From assembly GCA_003246755.1 (NCBI GenBank), contig QKDC01000102.1:32804-96803 (forward strand): a stretch of DNA of 64,000 nt. Reading direction: 5' to 3'. The stretch comes from Gemmatimonadota bacterium. GTDB taxonomy: Bacteria > Gemmatimonadota > Gemmatimonadetes > Gemmatimonadales > GWC2-71-9. Position numbers and translations under genes: made by a program. The notes beneath the pieces were generated by a model, which saw only the letters and a list, made by a program, of their open reading frames with translations, did not search any database and had not been told where the DNA came from. Positions 16,439 to 26,567 of the stretch are shown here, piece by piece (positions within the stretch are counted from its first letter, which is position 1; each line of letters begins with the position of its first letter).

Positions 16439-19009
16439 CTACGATTCCTTGGCCCGTTGCTTCAACGCGGCCAATCGATTGAGGGCCTCGAGCGGCGTCA
16501 GAGAGTCGACGTCGAGGTCACGCAACTCCTCGGCGAGGGGTTCGGGAGCGCTGCCCGCGAACAACCCAAACTGACTCGCATCAGGGATCACGGGTGTGCC
16601 CGCAACGACCCGGTGTTCGCCCTCCAACTGGTGAAGCACCTCCGTCGCCCGGGAGACGACGCTCCGTGGGAGGCCCGCTAACTGGGCGACATGGACCCCA
16701 TACGAGCGATCCGTTCCACCCGGCTCGAGGCGGTGAAGAAAGACGACCGTGTCGGCGGTTTCCTGAACGGCAACGTTCAGATTTCGCGCATGTTCCAGTC
16801 GCTCGGGAAGCTGCATGAGTTCGTGGTAATGTGTTGCAAACATCGTCTTGCAGCCCACGCGGTCGTGCAGGTACTCGGTGACCGCCCAGGCAATCGCCAC
16901 GCCATCATAGGTCGAGGTGCCGCGGCCGATCTCGTCGAGCAGCACGAGGCTCCGTGCGGTTGCACCGTGGAGAATGGCGCTCGTCTCGCTCATCTCCACC
17001 ATGAAGGTCGACTGTCCTTGTGCGAGGTTGTCACTCGCTCCCACCCGCGTGAACAGGCGATCGACGACACCCATTCGTGCCTTCGTGGCGGGGACGAACG
17101 AACCCATCTGGGCCATGACGACCGTGAGACCGATCTGACGGAGGATGGTCGACTTCCCGGCCATGTTGGGCCCGGTAACCAGTTGAACCCGTTCGGTGGG
17201 GGTGAAGCACACGTCATTGGGGATGAATCGCTCCCGAGGCATCAGGCGTTCGAGCACGGGATGTCGGGAAGCAACCAACTCGATCGTGAACCCCACATCC
17301 ACGGTTGGCCTGACATAGCCGTGTGATTCGGCCACATCGGCGAGCGATACCCAGACATCCAGGTTCGCGACCACGACCGCGGTCCGCTGGATTCGCGAGA
17401 TTGCCTGTCCCACCTCGTCACGAAGGCTGGTGAAAAGCTCCGCCTCTCGGGCCTGGAGTGATTCCTCTGCGCCCAGAATCTTGGCCTCGTGTTCCTTCAA
17501 CTCAGGCGTGACATAGCGTTCGGAGGAGGTCAGGGTTTGACGGCGTTCGTAGTCGTCAGGGATGCGTGAACGGTGGGTGTGAGTGATCTCGATGAAGTAC
17601 CCAAACACCCGGTTGTATCCCACCTTGAGCGAGGGGATGCCGGTGCGCACTCGTTCCCGTTCCTGGAGGCTGGCGAGATATTGTTTGCCGCCATCTCTGA
17701 GCGATCGAAGTTCGTCGAGTTGGGGATCGAACCCCTCGCGAATCACATTGCCATCGGCCAAGGCGACGGGTGGGTGTTCGTGAAGGGCGCTGGTGAGGCG
17801 GGTGGTGAGGTCAGTCAGAGGATCGAGATCATCTGCGAGCGTCGCGAAAGGGCCTGTCCGATCCGGTGATGCGAGGTGGTCGAGGATCTCCGCTATCGTT
17901 GGGAGGCACTGGAACGAATCCCGAAGAGCGCCGAGATCTCTCGGGGTCGCACGCCCTGCCGCAGCCCGAGCCGCGAGGCGCTCGACGTCACGGACGCGGT
18001 GTAGGATGGTCCGGGCGTCCTCGCGTGCCCCGGACGCCCCCAACGATCTCTCCACCGCGTCCAGGCGACGACCGATCGCACCCTCCTCCGACAGGGGAGA
18101 GAGGACCCATTGTCGGAGAAGACGTGCCCCCATCGGTGTCGAGGTTCGGTCGAGAATCTCGAGGAGGGTCACACCTTGGGCCCCGGCACGAAGCGGCTCG
18201 ACGAGTTCGAGGTTCCGGCGCGTCATCTCATCGATCCAGAGGTACCCCTCCGAACGACGGACACTCGGTGGCCTCAACTGGGGGAGTCCCCCGGGCTGGA
18301 GGTCGCTGATGTACCGTAGGAGTGCCCCTGCGGCGCGCACGGCAGGAGCATCGTCAGTCTGAATGCCGAGGCCATCGAGGCCCGCCAATCCAAACCGCTT
18401 CGGCAATTCCTCGCGCGCGAGGTCGAGGTCGAATTCCCATGCCTCACGACGAGTACGCATGACTTCGGCGGGGTAGGGGACGTCGCCATCGGGAGGGAGT
18501 ACCAATTCTGACGGGCCGAAACGTCCCAGAGCCTCAGCAACGCCCTCCGGGCTGCTGGTCTCGAGCAAGAATTCTCCCGTGGAAAGGTCGATCGCCGCGA
18601 GGCCGATTCGGGTACCTGCGGGGGAAATGGCAACCAGGAAGTTGTTCCTCCCCCCGGCCACCCAATCCTCCTCGAGGACCGCGCCCGGTGTTACCGTTTC
18701 GACGACTTCCCGACGGACGATTCCCTTCGCCTGCTTGGGGTCCTCCACTTGCTCGCAGATCGCAACGCGGTGTCCCGCCGCCACAAGTTGGCGGAGGTAC
18801 TCGGTTGCGGCCTTCACGGGAACACCAGCGAGGGGAACGCCGTCGCCGCGTGAGGTGAGCGTGATGCCGAGCACCTTTGCCCCAAGGGTGGCATCGTCGA
18901 AGAACATCTCGTAGAAATCGCCCATCCTGAAGAACAAGATCGCGTCTTCATGATGCGACTTGATCTCCCGGTACTGGCGAAGGAGCGGCGTGGAGACACG
19001 CTCCGCCAT
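16439..19009 (-). CDS. mutS: DNA mismatch repair protein MutS
   Basis: The in-frame ATG at 19009 gives MAERVSTPLLRQYREIKSHHEDAILFFRMGDFYEMF, the canonical MutS N-terminus. Walker A GPNMAGKST. The track's longer start overlaps the upstream gene. Confidence 0.96.
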   Translation of the reverse strand: MAERVSTPLLRQYREIKSHHEDAILFFRMGDFYEMFFDDATLGAKVLGITLTSRGDGVPLAGVPVKAATEYLRQLVAAGHRVAICEQVEDPKQAKGIVRREVVETVTPGAVLEEDWVAGGRNNFLVAISPAGTRIGLAAIDLSTGEFLLETSSPEGVAEALGRFGPSELVLPPDGDVPYPAEVMRTRREAWEFDLDLAREELPKRFGLAGLDGLGIQTDDAPAVRAAGALLRYISDLQPGGLPQLRPPSVRRSEGYLWIDEMTRRNLELVEPLRAGAQGVTLLEILDRTSTPMGARLLRQWVLSPLSEEGAIGRRLDAVERSLGASGAREDARTILHRVRDVERLAARAAAGRATPRDLGALRDSFQCLPTIAEILDHLASPDRTGPFATLADDLDPLTDLTTRLTSALHEHPPVALADGNVIREGFDPQLDELRSLRDGGKQYLASLQERERVRTGIPSLKVGYNRVFGYFIEITHTHRSRIPDDYERRQTLTSSERYVTPELKEHEAKILGAEESLQAREAELFTSLRDEVGQAISRIQRTAVVVANLDVWVSLADVAESHGYVRPTVDVGFTIELVASRHPVLERLMPRERFIPNDVCFTPTERVQLVTGPNMAGKSTILRQIGLTVVMAQMGSFVPATKARMGVVDRLFTRVGASDNLAQGQSTFMVEMSETSAILHGATARSLVLLDEIGRGTSTYDGVAIAWAVTEYLHDRVGCKTMFATHYHELMQLPERLEHARNLNVAVQETADTVVFLHRLEPGGTDRSYGVHVAQLAGLPRSVVSRATEVLHQLEGEHRVVAGTPVIPDASQFGLFAGSAPEPLAEELRDLDVDSLTPLEALNRLAALKQRAKES

Positions 19010-19013
19010 TGGA

Positions 19014-19847
19014 TCAGTTGACCTGGAGCACGAAGGGGTCACCGCCGGTGAGACGGCGGATCCCAGGGAGGGCTCGTTCGGCGTCCGCACGTGTGGCATA
19101 AGGTCCCGCACGAACCTTGTAGAACCCCGCATCGGACACGACGACGGCGTCGATCTTCGCTCGAGCGAGGAGTGCGGCAAGATCGGTCGCGGCGTCTTGG
19201 TCGCGGAGGGCGACCACCTGGACGAACCATCCACGAGTGACAGGGGCCGTGGTTACCGGATCGCCTGCTGGTGGCACGGCGCTCGAAGTGTCCGGGCGCA
19301 GCATTCCCTCACACCGCTGCCGCTGGAAATCCAGGCGATTGCGCAACTCGACGTCATCGCCTGCTGCCCGTATTCCCAGCATGGCCCACTGACATGCCAG
19401 CGGAAATTGCCCCTGATCGAAGGCCGCACGGGATCCCCAAAGAGCCCCCCTCGCCCGGACTGGGCTCATGGGGTAGTCGGAGAGCAGTCGTTCCACCTGC
19501 CGGATCGCCTCATCGAGGTTTTGCTCGGCGTAGGCGAGCTGGGCCAGTTCCAATCGGGCGTCGTCGGCCCAACCGGATTGCGAAAACTCGACCGCCAGCC
19601 GCTGGAGATGCAGTCGTTTCTCCTCCACCGTCGCCGCCACCATCGCGACGGTATACAGGGCTTCGGGGTAGAGGTTAGCGCTCGGTGACGTGGCACTCAA
19701 AATCCGTCCGGCGATGGCGCGCGCCGAGTCCCCCAGGCCCTCCCGAGCCAACTGACGGGCCTCGATCAGCTTGGCATCGGTCTGTGCTCCAAGGGGGTTC
19801 GTCAGACCCAGCACCAACGAGGCAGTGACCAGGACCAGACGATTCAC
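19014..19847 (-). CDS. SPOR-domain protein with TPR-like repeats
   Basis: Signal peptide and helical repeat region. The C-terminal segment GWFVQVVALRDQDAATDLAALL..YKVRAGPYATRADAERAL is a SPOR domain. Confidence 0.75.
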   Translation of the reverse strand: MNRLVLVTASLVLGLTNPLGAQTDAKLIEARQLAREGLGDSARAIAGRILSATSPSANLYPEALYTVAMVAATVEEKRLHLQRLAVEFSQSGWADDARLELAQLAYAEQNLDEAIRQVERLLSDYPMSPVRARGALWGSRAAFDQGQFPLACQWAMLGIRAAGDDVELRNRLDFQRQRCEGMLRPDTSSAVPPAGDPVTTAPVTRGWFVQVVALRDQDAATDLAALLARAKIDAVVVSDAGFYKVRAGPYATRADAERALPGIRRLTGGDPFVLQVN

Positions 19848-20896
19848 GCGGCCTCCTGTCCAGGAAAAGCCATGGTCAGCACGAGATCGGACAAGATCCC
19901 CGTTTCACCCGAAATCGTGGTGCTCTTGAGAGCCTGGTCCGCCCTCAAGGCGGCGCCTAAGGCGACCTTGATTCTGGCATGGGGCCAGTGTGGGGCGAGG
20001 CTACTCCAATCGCGGCTACTCGCGCGGTAGTCCATTCCAAAGACCCGGGCCCGTTTGAGGCTGCCAATGATGGCCGATTGGAGGCGGCCCCCGCGGAGCC
20101 CCTGATCGTAATGGTCCCGCGCGAGACCGAGCCCGATAAAACTGCTGCCGAGGAGGGTCACCAATTTGACCCCCGACATTCCCGGCTGGGACAGAACATG
20201 CGGGAGCATGGCCAAGGCGCGCCCGTGTTGGTCGCCCAGGACGGCATCTCGCCAGTCGTATTGAGTCTCCCCATGTCGAATGCCCAGGAATGAGGAAACC
20301 AGATCGACGGTGATGATCTCATCGTCCCCAAGACCTGCGAGTTTGGCCAGTTCCGAAGCTGCGGCTCCGAGATCTCCGTCTACCGCGGCCAGAATGTGCG
20401 GTCCCGCTTCAGCATCGAGCTGGAGGCCCAACTCCTCCGCTCGCTTGATGAGCCATCGCTCCGCGTGGTCCTGTCGCAAGGCGCCGAACTCGACCGCGTA
20501 GCACTTCTTGGCGAGCTCACTATCTGGTTCGGGGTGACCGCCCCCCTGAACCAGGACCAGAAGTGTCTCGGGTGAAGGGCGATCGAGGTATCGGAGAACC
20601 GCTCCCTTGGCCTTGGCTCGCTTGGTCCACGCTTCGACATCACGAATGACGACCATGCGGCGGTCGGCCATCATGGGAAGGGAGGTACAGAGTGTCTCGA
20701 CTTCGTCCGGGAGCAAGGAGCCGGCACTCCGGACATCCACATTGAAGTCGCGGAGTCCGGGGTCCAGCACTCGGTCCAAGAGATGGGCAATCGCCTCGTC
20801 TTTGAGGATGTCGGTCACCCCGAAGAAGTAGTAACATGCCTGGGTCCGACCCCGCTTGAGATCCGACCAGAACGCCTGGTAATCGTTTGCGGCCAT
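19844..20896 (-). CDS. holA: DNA polymerase III delta subunit
   Basis: 350 aa. N-terminal YYFFG motif region and the HolA-like length and helical C-terminus. Confidence 0.8.
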   Translation of the reverse strand: MAANDYQAFWSDLKRGRTQACYYFFGVTDILKDEAIAHLLDRVLDPGLRDFNVDVRSAGSLLPDEVETLCTSLPMMADRRMVVIRDVEAWTKRAKAKGAVLRYLDRPSPETLLVLVQGGGHPEPDSELAKKCYAVEFGALRQDHAERWLIKRAEELGLQLDAEAGPHILAAVDGDLGAAASELAKLAGLGDDEIITVDLVSSFLGIRHGETQYDWRDAVLGDQHGRALAMLPHVLSQPGMSGVKLVTLLGSSFIGLGLARDHYDQGLRGGRLQSAIIGSLKRARVFGMDYRASSRDWSSLAPHWPHARIKVALGAALRADQALKSTTISGETGILSDLVLTMAFPGQEAA

Positions 20897-20908
20897 CTAC
20901 CAATTCTA

Positions 20909-21478
20909 TCAGACCGCGAGAGTGGTGCCAGGCGGGGCCGACCGGTGAAAGCTCTCTACGTAGAGCAAGGCCGTCATCGACTTGGCGTCGACCAAGCCCC
21001 CTTCCCGGAGAAGATCGAGCGCCGTGCTCCATCGTACCTCATGCACTTCGATGAATTCATCGGCTTCCAGCCGGGACGGCACGCGGGTCAGATCGGTGGC
21101 CAGGAACAGGTGGATGCGCTCGTCGGTGAAGCCCGGGGTCGTGAAGATGGTGGTGAGGTGCTCGAACCGACCGGCTGTCGCACCCGCCTCTTCCTCGAGC
21201 TCGCGTCGAGCGCAGGAGACCGGATCTTCGGTGCCGTCGAGTGTGCCGGCGGGGATTTCCCAGAGAAGCCCGCTTGCGGCATGCCGGAATTGCCGGAGGA
21301 GGAGAATGCGCGGGTCGGCGTCGCGTGGGGGGTCGAGAAAGGGGATCACCGCCGCCGCCCCAGGATGCCGAACCACCTCGAGGGTCCCAGACGAGCCGTC
21401 GGGGAAGCACACCGTATCGAGATCCACTGAGATTCGGCGGCCGGTGTGGAGATGTTTAGTGGTATAGTCGTACGGCAT
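20909..21478 (-). CDS. NUDIX hydrolase (ADP-ribose pyrophosphatase-like)
   Basis: Nudix box GTLDGTEDPVSCARRELEEEAGA. ATG 21478 (MPYDYTTKH..) preferred over the longer track start. Confidence 0.85.
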   Translation of the reverse strand: MPYDYTTKHLHTGRRISVDLDTVCFPDGSSGTLEVVRHPGAAAVIPFLDPPRDADPRILLLRQFRHAASGLLWEIPAGTLDGTEDPVSCARRELEEEAGATAGRFEHLTTIFTTPGFTDERIHLFLATDLTRVPSRLEADEFIEVHEVRWSTALDLLREGGLVDAKSMTALLYVESFHRSAPPGTTLAV

Positions 21479-21525
21479 GGGGGTCGTCGGGTTCCGGACA
21501 GAGGAATTTGGCCGAAGGATAATGC

Positions 21526-22782
21526 CTACATCGTGCTGATAGCTTCGATGGGATCGAGCCGTGCGGCGCGGCGAGCCGGGTACCACCCAAAGATGATACC
21601 CGCGAGGAGGGAGAAGACGACTGCAATGATGAGTGCCGGAACGTTCACCGGTATGGTATAGACTCTGCCGAACTTGGCGACGATCAACTCCGTGATGATC
21701 AAAAGCCCCATGCCCGCCCCCACCCCGATGCCCGCCCCCAAGCCCGCGAGGGTGAGAGATTCTGAGAGAAAGAGCCGAAGAATATCGCCCTCGTCCGCGC
21801 CCAGTGCCTTCCGGATCCCGATCTCACGCACGCGCTCGCGCACCGAGATCAGCAAGACGCTGAAGAGACCGATCCCGCCTACCAAGAGCGTGATCCCGCC
21901 GATGGTGAACATGACGACGTTCCAGCCGTCGAGAATACCATCCGCCATGGCGAGGTCGGAGAGGACTTCTGCTGCGTCGTTCTCGATCCGGAAGTCTTCG
22001 GCGCCACCATGCCTGTTCCGGACCACTCTGACTCCGGCGGCAAAGACCGTCCCGAAGTCGACGTCGGGGCGAGCTGTGACGATGGTGGCATCGACACGAC
22101 CGGGAGATCGGTTGTAACGGGTGAGATAGGAATACGGGATATAGATCCGGCGAGCCGTGAAGCTGAAGTCAGCCGGAATGAACGTGATTTCGATCGGTCC
22201 CACGACTCCCACGACCAGGAACTTCTTGCCGTTCAGTTTGATGGTCTGTCCGATTGGCGAGGCTGCTCCGAAGAGGTCGCGCACCAATTCCTGACCCACG
22301 ACGGCGACCGGCGCGCTATTGAGGATATCGAGTGGTCGCAGACTCCGGCCTGCCACGATCTGCATGTTGCGGAGCTCGAGGTACCCGGCGTCCACACCCT
22401 CGATGTCGATGTTCCGCCGGCCCACCGGACCCACGGTCAGCATGAATGCACGGTTGAATCCGTGCACCGACTCGACTCCTTCCAGGGAGGCAAGTGCCTG
22501 CATGTCCATCATGCGCAGGCCGGGGTGTCGCTGGGCCATGGCGCCCACGGCGTCTGGTTGGGGGGCACGGTCCTGAAAACTGAAGCTCCGCGGTAGCCCG
22601 ATCGCCTTGAGGTCATCCGAGGCAAGTCGCTGTACCGCACCTGCCAGGGAGATCATCGAGACCATCGATGCGGCACCGAAGACGATGCCCGACAGGGTGA
22701 GCATCGAACGAAGAGGATGAACGCGGATCTCCCGAAAGGCGTCGCCGAACAGTTCCAACCACTCGAGGAGCCGTCTACCCAT
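21526..22782 (-). CDS. ABC transporter permease, MacB/FtsX type
   Basis: N-terminal TM helix, large periplasmic domain, and C-terminal FtsX 3-TM module (REIGIRKALGA). Confidence 0.88.
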   Translation of the reverse strand: MGRRLLEWLELFGDAFREIRVHPLRSMLTLSGIVFGAASMVSMISLAGAVQRLASDDLKAIGLPRSFSFQDRAPQPDAVGAMAQRHPGLRMMDMQALASLEGVESVHGFNRAFMLTVGPVGRRNIDIEGVDAGYLELRNMQIVAGRSLRPLDILNSAPVAVVGQELVRDLFGAASPIGQTIKLNGKKFLVVGVVGPIEITFIPADFSFTARRIYIPYSYLTRYNRSPGRVDATIVTARPDVDFGTVFAAGVRVVRNRHGGAEDFRIENDAAEVLSDLAMADGILDGWNVVMFTIGGITLLVGGIGLFSVLLISVRERVREIGIRKALGADEGDILRLFLSESLTLAGLGAGIGVGAGMGLLIITELIVAKFGRVYTIPVNVPALIIAVVFSLLAGIIFGWYPARRAARLDPIEAISTM

Positions 22783-23998
22783 AACGGAGTGCCTCGACCG
22801 GTGAGATTCTCGCGGCGCGCAAGGCGGGGAAGAGTCCGGCGATGAGGCCTACACCGCCTGCAGTGGAGAGGGCAATGAGGGCAATCGCCGGGGTGACCGC
22901 TGCGGGGAGCCCCATCAGGCGACCGACGACACCGGTCAGTCCCGCACCAATCGCGAGGCCGACGAGCCCGCCGAGTAGTGTCACGACGAGCACCTCCGCG
23001 ACGACGTGAAGAAATACAGTACCCGGAGTTGCCCCCAGGGCCATCCGGGTACCCATCTCGCGAACCCGCTCGACCACCGATGCGAGGAAAATGTTGGCAA
23101 TGACGATGCCGCCGGTGAAGAGCGAGACCACCCCCGCCACCAGAAAGATGTAGTTGAACATCATGAGGAACTGTGTATCGTCCTCGCCGTTCCCCCCGGG
23201 CGGGGTTACATCGAAATCCTCGACGCCATGCCGGGCATACAACAGGCTCTTCACCTGCGCGTCGGCAGCTCGAACGCCATACGTGGGATCGGCTTTCAGG
23301 GTCATGAAGTCGAGGCGGTCGTTCTCGGCGAACTGCGAGACGGCGGTCGTAATCGGGATATAGGCCCGCTCGTTTCGGTACTCGAGTTGGTTGCCCGACC
23401 AGACGGCGAAGTAGAACTCCTCGCGCTCCATGACGCCCACGACCCGGAACGCCTTGCCTTGGACGGTGAGGACCTGACCCAAAGCCTTCTCGGCAGCACC
23501 GAAGAGCGAGTCGGCGAACTTCCAGCCCATCACGATCACGCGGGACTGCTGGAGCACATCCAGATCGGACAAGTACCGGCCGGCCATCGGCACGATGTCG
23601 TTGATCACGGCGTAGTCGGGCACCGTCCCGACGACCTGTCCGGTGAACCCGGTGTTGCCTGCCTGATAGCGCAACGATCGCGCCCATCCCGGACTCACGG
23701 CCGACAGCGTGGTGGCCCGCTGCTCGAGAAACTCCGCATCGTCGTAGGTGAGTCGCTTGGAGGCGAGCTCTCGGGCGGTCGGACTGACCGACATGTCACG
23801 ATCGCGAACGATGATGGTGCCGAGGCCGCCGACCTCAGCCAAGTAGTTCTGGGTGTTCTTCGCCTGGCCCCCGAAAAGTGCCAGGACGGTGACGATGCTA
23901 CCGGTGCCGAGAATGAGGCCGAGCAGAGAGAGCAAGGTCTGACCCAGATGACGACGCGCTTCGTCGAGCCCGGTGAGCAGAGATTCGAGGATGCCCAT
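22775..23998 (-). CDS. ABC transporter permease, MacB/FtsX type (second copy)
   Basis: Same architecture as the neighbouring permease (REMGTRMALGA). Overlaps the downstream permease by 8 nt. Confidence 0.88.
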   Translation of the reverse strand: MGILESLLTGLDEARRHLGQTLLSLLGLILGTGSIVTVLALFGGQAKNTQNYLAEVGGLGTIIVRDRDMSVSPTARELASKRLTYDDAEFLEQRATTLSAVSPGWARSLRYQAGNTGFTGQVVGTVPDYAVINDIVPMAGRYLSDLDVLQQSRVIVMGWKFADSLFGAAEKALGQVLTVQGKAFRVVGVMEREEFYFAVWSGNQLEYRNERAYIPITTAVSQFAENDRLDFMTLKADPTYGVRAADAQVKSLLYARHGVEDFDVTPPGGNGEDDTQFLMMFNYIFLVAGVVSLFTGGIVIANIFLASVVERVREMGTRMALGATPGTVFLHVVAEVLVVTLLGGLVGLAIGAGLTGVVGRLMGLPAAVTPAIALIALSTAGGVGLIAGLFPALRAARISPVEALRYG

Positions 23999-24001
23999 CG
24001 C

Positions 24002-24679
24002 TCAGGCCACGATCTTACCGTCTGCCATGGTGATCACCCGTTCCGCGTGAGCGGCGACGTTGGCGTCGTGGGTGACGAGAACCACCGTATGCCCAGCCGC
24101 GTGGAGTTCCTCGAATGTGGCCAGTACTTCCGCGCCGGAAGCGGAATCGAGATTGCCGGTCGGTTCATCGGCCATCAAGATCGTGGGTTCGCCGACCAGG
24201 GCGCGGGCGATGGCAACACGCTGACGCTGTCCTCCCGAGAGTTCGTCGGGGCGGTGTCCGATACGATCGGTAAGCCCGAGTCGATCGAGGAGCTTCATGG
24301 CCCGCTGCTTGCGCTCGCCGCGTGAAATGCCACCACGGTACTTGAGTGGTAACGCCACGTTCTCGTCCACTGTGAGGCGAGGCATGAGGTTGAAGGTCTG
24401 GAAGACAAAACCCACCTTGAGGTTCCTGACCCGCGCCAGTTGGCGGCGGCTCAGGTTGCTCACATCACTGCCATCCAGGATGTACTGCCCATCGGTCGCG
24501 CGGTCGAGACATCCGAGAATGTGCATGAGGGTGCTCTTCCCACTTCCTGATGGCCCCATGATGGCGACATACTCGCCCGCCTGAATGTCGACGTCGACCC
24601 CACGGAGGGCGGGAACGTTGACCTGGCCAAGCTTGTAGTTCTTGGTCAACGCCCGGGCGTGGAGTAGTGCTTCCGACAT
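24002..24679 (-). CDS. ABC transporter ATP-binding protein (MacB/LolD-like)
   Basis: Walker A GPSGSGKST, signature LSGGQRQRVAIARAL, Walker B ILMADEPTG. Confidence 0.95.
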   Translation of the reverse strand: MSEALLHARALTKNYKLGQVNVPALRGVDVDIQAGEYVAIMGPSGSGKSTLMHILGCLDRATDGQYILDGSDVSNLSRRQLARVRNLKVGFVFQTFNLMPRLTVDENVALPLKYRGGISRGERKQRAMKLLDRLGLTDRIGHRPDELSGGQRQRVAIARALVGEPTILMADEPTGNLDSASGAEVLATFEELHAAGHTVVLVTHDANVAAHAERVITMADGKIVA

Positions 24680-25782
24680 CAGCGGCGTGAAATGCTGGCG
24701 GCGCGCTCGCGGGCCGCGACCGGGTCTTCGAGCGCGACGGAATCACCGACGGCCAGGCCTTCGAGGATTTCGACGAACGAGAGGTCACTGAGTCCGAGCT
24801 CGACAGCCACCCTGTCGGTGGTGTCACCACGAACGCGATACACGATGGGGAGGCCTTCGCTCAGGAACACCGCCTCGACCGGTACGCGTATGACCCCCTG
24901 CCGGGACGGACCCCTGATCTTCACGTTGGCCGTCATGCCGGGCCGGAGGACCCCAGTTGCCAGCGCCCGGATCTCGACATCGAAGACACGGACCCTGTCT
25001 TCCTGGCGGGCGGCCGGTGGGACCAACCGAACGACACCCAGCACCGTATCGTTGGGGAAGGCGTCCACCGTCAATGAGACACTGTCACCCAGTGCCACCT
25101 TGCCGATGTCCACTTCGTTGATCGCCGCTTTGATTCGGAGGGCGGACAGGTCCGCGATGGTGAAGAGCTCCGTTCCTCCACCAACTGTGCTGGTGCCGCC
25201 GACCACCGTCTCACCTTCTTCCACTCCCCGCAGAATGACTACACCCGCCGTGGGTGCTGTAATCCGTGCCCATTGTGCGGTGATCCCGCTTTGCTCGACG
25301 TAACGGAGCTGGTCGACCGTCGTCTGAAGCTGGTTTTGGGCCTGTTCGAGCGCGGCCCGCGTCTTCTCGATCTCCTCCTCGGTAACCCCGCCTGCGGCCA
25401 GGAGCCCCTGGGCACGCTCGTGATCACGTTGGGCCCGCTCCACGGTGATTCGAGTCGAGACCTCCTCACTGCGTAGTCGCAAAATGCTGTTGGCCTGCGC
25501 GATATCGGGAACGACTCGGGCCATGAGTTGTCCGGCACGCACCCGGTCGCCTTCGCGGACCAGCAGCCGCTCGACGACGCCTGAAATGGGTGACTTCACG
25601 ACGATCTGTCGCTCGGGCTCCACCAGGCCGGTTTCCTCGACCACGACGCGGACCTCGCCGCGGTCCACCTCTCCAACCCGAAAGGGTCGGGTGACCCCAC
25701 TGTCCGCCCCCCCGGCCGCGGCACACCCGGCGATGGCAAGGGCGAAGGGGGTCAGAGCGAGCCAGCGAAACGTGCTATACAT
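24679..25782 (-). CDS. Efflux periplasmic adaptor (HlyD/MacA family) lipoprotein
   Basis: ATG 25782 gives MYSTFRWLALTPFALAIAGC (lipobox). Coiled-coil hairpin and beta-barrel regions typical of membrane fusion proteins. Confidence 0.85.
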   Translation of the reverse strand: MYSTFRWLALTPFALAIAGCAAAGGADSGVTRPFRVGEVDRGEVRVVVEETGLVEPERQIVVKSPISGVVERLLVREGDRVRAGQLMARVVPDIAQANSILRLRSEEVSTRITVERAQRDHERAQGLLAAGGVTEEEIEKTRAALEQAQNQLQTTVDQLRYVEQSGITAQWARITAPTAGVVILRGVEEGETVVGGTSTVGGGTELFTIADLSALRIKAAINEVDIGKVALGDSVSLTVDAFPNDTVLGVVRLVPPAARQEDRVRVFDVEIRALATGVLRPGMTANVKIRGPSRQGVIRVPVEAVFLSEGLPIVYRVRGDTTDRVAVELGLSDLSFVEILEGLAVGDSVALEDPVAARERAASISRR

Positions 25783-25967
25783 ACGAAAGGCCTTCTCTGG
25801 AGACTCGGCGGAGCGTGTTGGTGCCCCCACGACGACAGGGAGGAAATTCAAGTTTCACAATGTGACGCCCCACGCGATTCCCCTCGATAGCGTGGTGCTT
25901 TGAAGCTTCTTAACACGTGGTGACACAATAGGTTATGAGGTGCAGGGGGCGCGGGAATTCGGGTTAT

Positions 25968-26567
25968 CTACTCATGTCCGAGGAGATGGGTTCCCCACAC
26001 GATGGGTAGCTTGACGGCCTCGGCCGCCAGGTATCGGAGTTCTGCACCCAAGGAGGTGGAAATGGGACTGGTCTGGGTTGGCGACCCATGCGACTCGAGC
26101 CCATGGGCATTGGCTTCGGCTCGCAGGCGAGCGATATGGAAGGGGTCACTGACCAGAAGGACCGAAGTCCGGGAGCGATCGACGAGCCACTCGGCAGCGC
26201 TGGCCACCGATTCCCGCGAATTCCGACCGACCGGAATGACGACGACCGCCGTGTCCTGGACGCCATGCGCCACCAGGTATTGGCGGCTCACTGTTGCTTC
26301 GCTGACCACATCTCCCTCAGCCATCCCTCCCGTCACCACGATGAGCGGTGCCAACCCTTCTCCGTAGAGTTCCGCAGCATGGTCGAGCCGGGCTCGGAGT
26401 ACGTCGGAGGGCCGCCCGTTGTATTGCGCCGCACCCAAGACCACGATCGCATCACAGGGTTCGCGGCCATCCTGTCGGCTCACGGCCAGAACGTAGACGA
26501 AGAGGCCGCCGTAGACGATTACCGCGGCGGCCATGAGGCGGACGAGCCAACTCACGGCGCGCCTCAC
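25968..26567 (-). CDS. YdcF/DUF218 family protein
   Basis: N-terminal TM helix, then CDAIVVLGAAQYNGRPSDVLRARLDHAAELY..LIVVTGG, a DUF218 signature. Confidence 0.75.
   Translation of the reverse strand: MRRAVSWLVRLMAAAVIVYGGLFVYVLAVSRQDGREPCDAIVVLGAAQYNGRPSDVLRARLDHAAELYGEGLAPLIVVTGGMAEGDVVSEATVSRQYLVAHGVQDTAVVVIPVGRNSRESVASAAEWLVDRSRTSVLLVSDPFHIARLRAEANAHGLESHGSPTQTSPISTSLGAELRYLAAEAVKLPIVWGTHLLGHE

Noticed and set aside
21526-25782. MacAB-like four-gene operon, considered as a candidate novel defence or secretion system
   Set aside because: All four products are standard adaptor, ATPase and FtsX-permease components. No extra unknown genes are associated.
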